64,000 bases of DNA from Sphagnum compactum (lineage: Eukaryota), in the NCBI GenBank assembly GCA_965153455.1, contig OZ234493.1, forward strand, positions 7,988,213 through 8,052,212, read 5' to 3'. Position 1 is the stretch's first letter; every line of letters starts with the position of its first letter. The notes under the pieces were generated by a model, which was not told the DNA's origin, did no database searches, and saw nothing but the letters and a program-made list of their open reading frames with translations. This document shows, piece by piece, positions 52,826 through 64,000 of this stretch. The position numbers were made by a program, and so were the translations under genes.

Positions 52826-53140
52826 GTACCTTTTCAGGTCCGACACAAATTATATTATTTTCACTTTTGTCAAATTTTTCTTTAAAAAATACTGAATGTC
52901 GAAAACCTGGAAAATTTATTCAAGGCGACCAGATTTGAACTCGCGACCAGTTCAACAAAGTAATGAAACCTTTCATCAGTTTAACCAAAAACACAGCAAA
53001 AAAATGATTAAACATTATAAATATTATTGAACTTAATGATTATATGTTGAAATTTTCAAAACCAAAAACTCAAGCACCAAACCAGAATCTTCAAATTATA
53101 TTAATTATTCGACACATTAATGCCGAACTTGAAAAGGTAC
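52826..53140. mobile_element. TA-flanked MITE (Tc1/mariner-type) containing a tRNA-like segment
   Basis: TA|GTACCTTTTCAGGTCCGACA ... TGCCGAACTTGAAAAGGTAC|TA. The same left terminus also occurs at 5933. Confidence 0.75.
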
Positions 53141-53648
53141 TAAATAAAACATTCATATTATAATCACAATTTAGTTTTGGACAGGTCAGATGAAGTAGTG
53201 CAACCAACAATCTTTCAAATTACCTATCCCTTGTTGAAACCATGTGAAAATCTAGTCAAATTTGGGGATTCTCAGGCCTCTCTCTCTCTCTCTCTCTCTA
53301 AGTCAACCACAGATGAATGTATGCTTGCTTCGTCAATGCTCAATTTTGTTCAAGTTGTGAACCACCATCAGATTCTGGCATTTTTTTTTAATGGATGAAA
53401 TATTGTCACTTGTTGAAAATCTCTAGATTCTTTTTCTTTTTTTATTTTTTTCTTTTTGTAAAGCAAGTGAATTTATGCAATCCTCGTGTTTCAAAAACAA
53501 TTCAGGAAAATTGTAAGATTTTTACCTGGTGTTCAACTGCATAGCCAACGATGTAGAAGAATGCTCAGATTTCTTTTACATTCATAATTTTTATATCTAA
53601 ATTTAGGGATTTATGAACCCTTTTGAGCCAAAGTTAACACAAATGAGA

Positions 53649-53679
<31 letters not shown>

Positions 53680-56383
53680 GAATATTTTGCCCCATATTGC
53701 CTATCTTTTGGGAAATTTTGTCAAATTTTTGGAAAACAAATTTGAGAATTTGTCGACACGGTTCTATTTGGATTTAAGACGTGGTGGTCATTTTTTTTAT
53801 ACTAGCTTTTTAACTTCTTGGCTAAGTTGTATAAACTTGTTGCCATTTAATGCTAAATCTCTTCAGATGCTCGCATGTAATGCAACATTAAAATTTTGAA
53901 AAAACAACATTGATCATTGTTAGCATTTAGTTTTTTTGCAAAATTTCATCACAATGTAATAAATTAAAAAACTTAAAAGAAATAGTAACTTATAATATTC
54001 CTTTTTCTCCTGAAAAAATGACCAAATTTTAAGAAAAAAAATATTTGGAAAACCTTTTGCCAAATTTGAACATTGATTTTAGTTTGAAAGCATTTTTAAA
54101 CTAATTTTGAACCTATTTAGACATGTTCTAAAATCTTGACTCTAGTTATTGCTAAATCCCTTTTGGGATGCTAGCCAATGAGCACAAATATCACTAGTCA
54201 CAACCTTAGCTACATCACAAAATTGTTTTAAAAAATAATCCATTGAATTGTATTCAACAAGTTTTGTGTGATGTTTGCTCACATTGTGTATCACAAAAAC
54301 ATATGTCATATAGTTTAGTTTGGTTCCCATGTAATATCTTTTTGGGTTTTTTAAATTTTGCAAGGGATTTTTCCCAACTAAAAGCAAAAATGATAAACAC
54401 ATATCCAAAATGAAAGCCATCTTTAGGCTAATTATGGGCAAATTAAACCTACATTTACATAAATATTAAAAAGAACAATAATTAGACCATGAAAGAGTGT
54501 TTAAAGAAAATAATGAAACAACAAAGGGAACCAATGCAGCTGCTTTTTGGCATCTCTATCAAATCACAAGGCAAAATTGTGCAATTTTAATCTGATTTTT
54601 TTCTCCCAATTTCATTTAGCAAAAGAGAAGAGACTAAATTATCTGTATGATCTAACCAAATTTCAACCCAAAAAAAAAAAAAAAAAAAAACTTCCAATTC
54701 ATCAAAACAAATGCACTAGGAGGAGCTGCAAAGCTTGAAGTGGACTCTATCATTTTGACTTTTCATGGAAAAGAAATTACCAAAATTCGTCAGATTTCAA
54801 AGAAAAACACATCCAAGTCACCAGATTTGTATATAAGCTCCAGGAGGTAGCCAAGAATATAGAACGACTCTGGTTTTTTCTATTTTCATATCTAGTATGT
54901 AGCCAAATCTGGCTAAATCATCCTATGGATGAGCATCACTCCAGCTACATCACAAAAGTGAAAGAAAAACCTTGTTTCAAAATATAGTTTCAAATTTGTT
55001 CACGCCATCATTCATTTACCAAGAGGTCAGATTGATCATTAAGTAATCCTTCAAATATCAAAGTTTGAATTTTTTGAAAACATGTCAATGACATGATGAA
55101 AACCATCGTGATTATGGCAAAATTACAATATGGATCATTTGACCACCCTAGTACCTTGACGGCTTTGGCACTAATTATATTATTTGTAGAATGATAAATG
55201 TTTTTAAATGCTTTTCTCAAAGAAGAAATTCCAATGTTGCAAAAGGAATAGGTTTTTAAAAGAAATTTTCTTAATGTACACCATAGTAACTTGGTAATTG
55301 TGACATTAATTATATTATTTGTAAAAATGTTGAAATATTTTAATATTATTTTCCAAGAAAAAAATTATTAAGTGAATAAAGAATATTTTTAAATGTTCAA
55401 AATAATACATTTTGACGAGGAGTCTTCAAATTTAATTACTTCTTCAATAGACATTTTGTTGAAGGGAAGGTGTTAAATCAGCCAAGGTTTCTAATTGCAA
55501 TTGCAGGGAGTACAAAAGCATTGCATGCTTCTTTTTTTCTAATTGCATATGTGTTTTTTTGGCCCAGATGTTCATTTGTTCATTCATTGAATTATCATTT
55601 GCTCATGATAATTATTAATGCACATTAATTGATATTATGATCAAACTATAATTAAATTATGAAATCCAACCATCAAATAAATTATCAAACTTAATCCTAA
55701 TATAATTACATGAATAATAATCAAGAAGAACATCTCTTCCAAAAATAGAATTCAAGCACTTTTATTGAAACCTTCCTTACAACTTATGCCCACCACTCTT
55801 AAGGAACAAGCATAACAACCCTCCTTTTCTTACCCATTGTGATCTACTAAAGTTTAGGTTCATGAAAACTTTCACCTTGTGTTTTATTATGGATAGAACC
55901 CACCATTTACACACATTCTCAAAACGACATGCCAGATGTGGCTACCCCCCTCATCGTAAGCCACTTGTTTTGAGGATGCCCCTACCCTGGGGCTTTACCC
56001 TACACTTATCAAACTGATCTTGCATTCAAAGTACCTAATGATGTTCAATGGTTTCATTTTTCACCCACAAGAAAAAAGGAAAAAAAGGGGGGGGGGAGGG
56101 GGGGGGGGGCGGGGGGGGGGTACGTCCTTTCACTCCATAATGCGACTTCTCATTGCTTGCATGGAAACTCTATGCCTAAAATTGGCTACCACTATTTTTG
56201 GCCTGGACTAATAGCCCTTCCTAATAACACCCAACCTATTCCCCAATATGATTTTTTGGGAATTCAAGATAAAGGTTGGTCGCAGGACCCCATTGTGCTA
56301 TTTGTTCCTGATTCCTCCTTTTTTGTCTTCCCCAATAAAATTGAAGTGAGAAGTAACCATCTTGCATTTACTTGCACTCCAAG

Positions 56384-56989
56384 TCTAGTTACATATAGTA
56401 AAGGAACAATGGTACCGACAATGAAGCCGCCCCTGAAGTCGTTCGAATCGTCATTCGTCCCGTCATCCAGTCGGATGGATGAAATCCGTCTATTCACAGC
56501 AACAAGAGCCGCAGCAGCAGGAATAGCAACAGCAAGAGCGATGGCGGCGGCTGTGAATGAAGCCTCCCCTAAAGCCGAACAGACAGTGGCCACGGACAGT
56601 AGCTAAAAAAAAGGTAGTCTTGGTACATAGTTATGGGCCTCAAAATAATGACAAAGTCAAAGAACTAGCAGTTCTTCCACGAAAACCATGAGCTTGGCAA
56701 GGTTGTTGAAATGAAAGGAATCGACGATTCTTTCGTTCCTGTTGGGTTCTCAAGAACCGGAACCGAAAGGTTAAAAAATTGGAGTGGGAAATGTGAAGGA
56801 TCGAGCCGGGGGGGATCGACGGGTTAAAGACCCGGAGTGGGAAATGCGAAGGACCGGGCCGGGGGGGGCTCGACGGGTTAAAGAACCGGAGTGGGAAATG
56901 CAAAGGACCGGGCCGAGGGGGGTCGACGGGGTTGAACCAAACATTGTTGAAATAACACACCTGTGCATTATGCACGGGGCACACACTAG
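56384..56989 (+). mobile_element. Non-autonomous Helitron-like element carrying a GC-rich fragment and tandem repeats
   Basis: 3' hairpin CCTGTGCA-TTA-TGCACGGG followed by CACTAG|T (ends 56989). Candidate 5' end TCTAGTTACATATAG at 56384 (less certain). Confidence 0.55.
56781..56938. repeat. G-rich minisatellite, 3 x 53-54 bp
   Basis: GGAGTGGGAAATG..AAGGA.CG.GCCG(G)n..CGACGGGTT units start at 56781, 56834 and 56888. Confidence 0.9.
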
Positions 56990-57964
56990 TATGTACTATA
57001 TTTGTCTACGGTCTACATTATACACCACTTCATCTTTGGGGTTGAGCTGTGGAGGATGAGCTTCATGTTCCTGATATGACATGTTCATGACTTTTTCCAT
57101 AGAAAGATTTACGTTTTTCACATGCTTCTCTTGGCTGTCATATACTTTGGTCTTACCTGTAAGAAGAAAATCATCAAAACCCTGCAAAAGAACATTATTA
57201 ATGAAAACACCACCCATTCCGAAAACGTAAAGGCAATTAGAAAAAAAAATGGGAGAATTCAAATGGTTTCCAAGGCTGTTGGGGAAAAGGGCTCTCAAGT
57301 CTCATATTCTAGTATAATTAACCAGTGAAAGGGACTCACTCCAAATGATAAAATATTTAACCCATAAATAATAACTAGGGTGTTCTTAGTAAAGGCTATT
57401 AGTCCAGGCCCCCAAAAAAAAATAGTGGCAGACAATTTTAGGAATAGAATTTCCATGCAAACCCAATGAGAAGTCGTGTGATGGAGTGAAGGGGCCTCCC
57501 TTTTTTGTTCTCGAACACCCTGTTGACGAACTCTGGAATTTTGGTGTAATTTTGATTGGAACGTTGAAAAACCATAGCCACTTAAATCGAGTGCTGTTGA
57601 CGTGGGAGAGTTGTGTCCGCCCTTTTCTTTCCTCTTTTTCTTTATTCCTTTGTACATTTTCCCAAATCTACGCCGTGTTTTATTAAATAAAGTTTTGCAG
57701 GGTTTCATCGAATTCAAAGTCCCCAAGGAGTTCACTATTATTGACTTTCCATAGTCCACAGTTGACTACTCTTGACCTTGAAAATGTGGTGCCACATGGT
57801 GACTAACATGGACCACATGGACCACATGGTCCACCACATGGTAGACCCCATGAATCATGACTCGCAAGCAAGTAAGAACCCAAGATCCGCTCTCAACCAG
57901 CACACTTGTTGGAGTCATGCCCAACATTTGACCTGGGTTTGTGGATCAAGTTGTAGATAAGTGC

Positions 57965-58025
57965 ATGAATGAAAAGAATGAATGGATGAATGAATGGATG
58001 AATGAAAAGAATGAATGAATGAATG
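57965..58025. repeat. Imperfect (GAAT)n microsatellite
   Basis: ATGAATGAAAAGAATGAATGGATGAATGAATGG... repeated. Confidence 0.85.
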
Positions 58026-58229
58026 GTAGTATTGAAAGTCCAAAGAGGCCTAGTCCCCCCCCACCCCCACCTCAATTCTGTGCAAAGCAAAAAGATGGTG
58101 ACTAACATAGCTAGGAATAGTAGTCATTCTACACACCCATTGAGATGGGGCAGCAGGGACCAGTGCTCATTTTAAGGATCATGACAATTAGCTTTATTGA
58201 TGAGAGTATGCCTCACATGCTGAACAAAC

Positions 58230-59230
58230 AAAATACCTAGACCTAGGTCATGTGAGACCTAAATTATGTTTTATCTAAGTTGTATGGCACTTAAACTAGG
58301 TTTAGACTTAAACCAATTAAGTTAAGCATAAACTTAGACTATGTGACACTTAGAATAGGCCTAGACTTAAGTCACATGGCATCTAAAGGACACTTAAACT
58401 AGGTCACACATATTTATTTATTTTTGAATTGAGCCTCTAGGGTCAAGGGTTTTTTTATTACTTCATCCCAAATGACTATTTCATTTTCATGTTTTTTTTT
58501 GTGTTTCTCCAACATTTATCATGCACCTTTTTATATAGTTTAAAAACTTAAAATAAAAGCCAAAAATTTGAGATAAACATTTTAATCACAATTAAATCAC
58601 AATTATTACCTACTAACAACTACCTAGATATCTAGGTAGTCTAGCTTACTATTTATTAACCTAATTTACTACTTATTAATTAACTTAACTTTTTAACTAA
58701 CATAGCTTATGTTACCCTTAAACCTAAGACCACCAGTGCCATGTGGCACCTATGGTTAGACCACATATGCCACATGGCACCTAAACATACTAGAGCTAAG
58801 TCATGCCATATGGCACATAAGCTACTTCTAGACCTAAGGCATGCCATATGGCACTTAAACAAGGCTTAAACATAGGTCATGTAACACCTAGGGTAGGTCT
58901 AAACCTAGGTAGTTTATGTGGTGCCAAGGCTAGGCCTACAACTAAACCATATGACACTTAAGCCTAGTCCACATATGCCATGTGGCACCTAGTAGACCAT
59001 GCCACATGTCACTTAAAGCGAGGCCTAGATTTTAACCTTGTAACATATAATTTAGGCTTATATGTAGGCCATGTGGCTAAGCTAGGCTACTTATATAAGT
59101 CTTAAACTAGGTTATGTAAATAAGCAGCCTAGCTTAAACCACCTACATACCTAGGTTAGATATATATAGGTAGGTAATCTAAATATATAAACTAGGTAAC
59201 CTAATATATACCTATGTAATAGGTAGCCTA
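58230..59230. repeat. Degenerate satellite-like array (CCTAGAC/CTTAAG...CCACATGGCAC units), probably TE subterminal repeats
   Basis: Recurring GCCA(T/C)ATGGCAC(C/T)TAAA and AGGCCTAGACTTAA words. Confidence 0.55.
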
Positions 59231-62199
59231 AAAAGGTTTTAAACAATTTATTTGGATGCCAAGTTACAAATGTGCACAATGTTTAATTTATCTAGCCTAA
59301 ATTTTTTCATCCATCCTTATAACATGATTATCAAAATACCCAAATAAATGACTTGTGATGTAGGCATGTCATTCGACAATTACATGATGTTTCATGATGT
59401 CATATCTTTAATTGACCTATTATTACAAGTCAATTAAGAAGTTTGTTAGTACTAAGAATATTTCAAGGTTGGCCCCTTAGTTGAAGGTTTCTTTATTGTC
59501 TACCAAATCAATTGGCATATCAATTTACTTGGAAATCACATGGAATCTTTATAAATATTAAAAACTATGGAGACAGAACATAGTTGAAAACATGCAATTT
59601 TTTTCAGTTTTGAAAAAGACATTTCCTCCAAGTGAATTTTGACTAATAGGGTCTTCAAATGGAAGCATTCTTTAAATTCAAAGCCTAGACATTTTGTGGG
59701 ACGTCATGCCATGCTCCCAATTTCAAAAGCACCTTCATCCTCAAGCTTTACACTACGTAATAACATCACCATGTCGTACATTTTGTGTTGAATTCTTCAT
59801 TTCAACAAAACCTTTGTTCAAAAGCCTATAATACAATATTATCCATCCATTTTACATTTATCAAAAAGTCATGCATAAGTTTGTCCTCCACCTTATTCAT
59901 TAATTTTCCTCCTATTATTGAAATACATTTATTATCCATCTTTTATACCAACACTCATTTAAAATTTAAGCTTTTGGTCAAGCGTTCAATTTTGACGATA
60001 AGAACTAATTTGAGCAATATACCTCATTGAAGGATTAGAAAGATCCCCATCTTGGTCAAATAAATCTAGTGATGAAATAAACAAGGAATTGATAATATAT
60101 GGAAGATTTGTCAAAATCCTTTGTATGGTCATCCTCATGTAGATTCCAAATGTCAATTCCGGGTGGATTCATTTGAATCTTGAATAATTTTGGATTTGTT
60201 TTCAAGTATCAAAAAGTAAAAACATGTGTAATCTAGAATGCAAGGCAATTAAATTTTTTTTGTCAAAATTCATTCCTTTGTTGAATCTTTTTTTTTAATT
60301 GTTACTTTTTTCAAGTTTTCATTTTTTTAAAATCAATTTACACAACATGATCCAAACTAAAATTGAAGTGATTTTTTGAGGTTTGTGTTCCTCCTTTTAA
60401 GTTTTCATTTCTTGATGATGAATCTACACAACATGATGGAGCTAAAGTGATTTTTTGGGTTCATGTTTTCTTTGGGAAAGATGTGAGTTTGTTTCCAAAA
60501 GGAAAGCTTGAACTCAAAGCAAGTGCATGAACAAGGTGAAAAATAATGAACATAAGTAAGTTTGAATATTCTAAGCATTTTCCAATTTTTTCTTTTGGAA
60601 ATATAACAGCACTTAAAGAGAAAACATGTTTTGTTTTATTTATTGCATCTATCTTTTGAACAAGAAAGGCTAGGTCATGATAATTGGCACATTACATGCC
60701 AAAAAAATAAAATAAAATACCATTAGATAATTATGTTTACACATAAAACAAACAATAATTCATACAAAACTACAAAACACACACACAAAACATAATAACA
60801 TACAATGGTCTGTGTGTATGTTTTGTTTGTGTGTAAATCATTTTTATACTTCCTTAAAAAACATATATGTGGAATACAAAAATCTGATTTTTTAAAACTT
60901 ATTTATCCATATGTAGTATTTATTTTCAATATTTTTATATTTATTTATTATTTATTATCTAATTATTTATTTGCAAGCAAACCAAGTACACAAAAACATA
61001 AAATTTATTTTATAACCAATCCATTTATACATACAAAGCAAACACACACACAATTAAAATATATGTATAATTTTCTTTTTTTTCTCCCAAAATACAAATT
61101 TATAACCTACACAAACACTATTTTTCTATTTTTCTATTTTTTTATTTATTATTAACTCTTTGAATATATTTTAGTATTACTTAAAAATTTTCTAGCAATT
61201 TATTACTTTTATCTATTTATTTGTACGCAAAATAGGCACCAAAAAAAAATCTATGTTTTAAGTTGAACTAGGATTTTTTTTTGCAATTTTTCATATATCC
61301 AAATTAATAACCATCCACAAGATGATTTTTTTTATTTGGCTATATGCCATATGTGAAAGTATAAAAAAAATTAATTCTTTTATTTTTTGTTGCCTACTAG
61401 AACCGATTGTAAAAATATAGTGATTTAAAATTATTATTTTTAGAATGTGGTGAATATGTCCATTTGATCACAAAAGTATAATAAATAGCTCATAAACAAT
61501 GGTTATATTTGTAACTAGTCACGAGCATGAACGTGGGCACATGTTTAGTTCTAGTTTTTGTTGCTTAGTTATCCTTGTATGTATGTGTGTATATGGATGT
61601 ATGTACCCATTAACCTATAATTCCACTTTCATGTTTATTGAATCATGACTGCATGTTTTTTTAATCACAATTGCAAGTTTTACATCCAAAGGAGATTGAA
61701 AACTTGAATTCATTTTTAGAAAAATATTTATAGTATGCAACACATTACTTTGATGTGAAAGTTATTTTCATTCCTTGGTAAGTTGATTGTTTCAAATTAT
61801 TTCATATAAACATTTAAAGAAAATGTTAAATCACATAAGTTTGGACAATGAATGTTGGAGTTTTAATGGATTTCAAATGATCAAAATCTCAACTTTTGAA
61901 TATATATTTTCCATTGGACCCAAGAAATTACCTTATCACAAGGTGTAACAATTTAGACAACATGTCACAACATCATCCATTAGACATGCCATTAACAACA
62001 CACCAATTGCAAAAACTCTTCCTATGATATAACACAATACCAATTGCTTTTGTAGTTTTTTTGGTCATTAGTGACATTTGTGCAACTCATATCATTGCAC
62101 TTAGGCACTCACAACTTGATGGTCAAGTTGGGCCTTAAATAGTGGTGAATTTTACAATGAACCTTTTTATTGACTATACAATAACATATATGCAAAACA

Positions 62200-63600
62200 T
62201 TATGTATTAGTTCCAACTTGAAAACAAAACACTAAAAATAAAATTAAAACCAACAACTTATCAGGGTCAAAGATGAAAATCAATTATGTCACCTTCCATT
62301 CACTATTACAAAGAAAACATGTTAAACAATTGTTAAAACATTTTGTCTCACTACTAATGCCTGACACTTCATTTTGAATGATTCACTACAAAATGGACTA
62401 CAACAAAAACACATTTTCTGGACTTACCAACAACAATATGTCAATCTCTTCAACAAACACAAATGTAAAAAATAGGGGTTGAAGATCATTATTGTTATTG
62501 TTGGTTTAAATATGTAATAAGGGTGAACTTCTCTAAGGTCTTGTTAAGTACATGTGATTTCAAGCTAGTTGGCATTTGTAAACTTCAACAAAGTCAATGT
62601 TTTTTATATCCTATGTTAATTGAAATAACAACATTAGTAAACCATTTCAAAATATAGTCAAAATTTGATCAAATTTGGGTAATGTCCAAGATGCCAATTT
62701 TGAAGTCCAAAACATGAAACAAATTGCAATATGAGATGGTGGAAATTCAAATTGATTTTTTCTCGGTAACTAGGGAGGTCAAAATTATGTACTTGGCTAA
62801 TAAAACTAGAGACTTTCAAGACCTTTTGGAAGTAAAAGGCACACCCATCATCCTTTATCTTTTCCAAAGTCTAGCTTAGTGATTTCAATGTTTTTTTTCA
62901 ACCATTGCCACTAAATCAAATAAAGTCTCTAGAACCCCATCCCCCCCGCCATCCCAACTACAAACAAGTTCAATTTGTTTCATCAACCATAATCAAACAC
63001 CATGAAATTGTTATATAATTTCACAAACATATAAAGGAAAATTCGCTCTTCCCAAGTAGTTGATGTCAGCCTCCAATAGTATAAACACCACCACAACTAT
63101 TACAAATACAATTGCCACAACCCATAAGGAAATTTGCTCCAATCCCATTTCTTTTTGTCTTTCTCAAACTCTATTTGTTCCTCCTCTTTTCCTTTATATT
63201 GTCTTGGACGTCTCAACATTCAAAATCTTCTTCCATTGTTTCTAATCCATGGTTTTGTTTCAAAACCCATAAAAACTCAAAGTTTTTTGTTCCAATGTTG
63301 TTGATGTGAATCATCATTTTAAGTTTCAAAAACCATGATCATTTTCAAATCTACATTCTTACTAAACTTTAAATTGTTTTATTACATGACATTCTTTCTT
63401 AGATCAATCTACCTACATACTTTTTTTTTTGTTTCCAGCAAAGTTCTTGGGGTCGTTGATCCCGCTTCCATAGTTTTTTCACAACAACAAATAAATTCTA
63501 CAATAGGATGTGGATTTTGAAACTAGGAGACAAACATTTGAAACACACACCCAAACATGTTAAAAAGCAAGAAATCCCACCACAAAGCAAAAAATCAGCC
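62200..63600 (-). mobile_element. Unclassified decayed transposon coding relic
   Basis: Broken minus-strand frames with coding-like composition (e.g. SHIAICFMFW...LPKFDQILTIF...NDLQPLFLHLCLLKKIDILL). No motif I can name. Confidence 0.2.
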
Positions 63601-64000
63601 ATGAGATGCTTGATGCGATTTCTCACTAGATCATTAAATCAAGTAAAAACACATATTGGAAAAAAAAAAAGTCTTCATGGATGAAAAAAGAAAATTACAT
63701 TAATTTCACCTTAACAACTTTGAATAAACATCAAAAAGTCCACAAGCAACATCTTCTATTTTTCCTTCACAAATATCTCTCTTTTGCTAGTATTTCAAAT
63801 TTTGGCACAAAGGGGTTTCACAAATTACACAACCAAGGGAAAGAAAACTATTTTTTTCTTCATGGGTCTAGTAAATTTGCACAACTCAAATGGAGAAAAA
63901 AAATTCTTGAAACTAATTCTTCATTTACCTAATTATGGGAAAAAATCATGTTCCAAACATATGTGAAAGTTTGTTTTTTGTGACTTCCTTTTGTAGGAAA

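Larger units (their letters stand above)
56125..57493. repeat. Pair of ~115-bp inverted repeats (56125-56240 and 57372-57493) enclosing ~1.1 kb
   Basis: TTCACTCCAT...CGACTTCTCATTG...TGCATGGAAA.TCTAT.CCTAAAATTG..CCACTATTTTT..GGCCTGGACTAATAGCC..T.CTAA.AACACCC and its reverse complement. Confidence 0.85.

Noticed and set aside
56781-56938. Regularly spaced repeats resembling a CRISPR array
   Set aside because: The units are contiguous tandem copies without unique spacers, in a eukaryotic context with no cas genes.

Overview
AT-rich eukaryotic plant DNA. The repeat and gene style suggests a bryophyte such as Sphagnum, which is my inference only. There are three intact spliced genes: an NRT1/PTR (NPF) transporter (+, 22243-26820), a two-RRM chloroplast ribonucleoprotein (-, 43857-45588) and a class A1 heat-shock transcription factor (-, 48177-51292). 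They sit among nested, decayed transposons. The most notable element is a degenerate Ty3/Gypsy retrotransposon (~11.4-20.2 kb). Its pol region carries a DNMT3-like C5 cytosine-methyltransferase domain directly upstream of RT and a PHD finger downstream of integrase. A second integrase-PHD copy of the same family lies at ~2.7-4.0 kb on the minus strand. Also present are a full-length 9.5 kb hAT element with an 8-bp TSD, CACTA-ended non-autonomous elements with 2-bp TSDs, Helitron-like elements, several MITEs and LINE relics. All calls come from manual reading and translation; no database searches were run.
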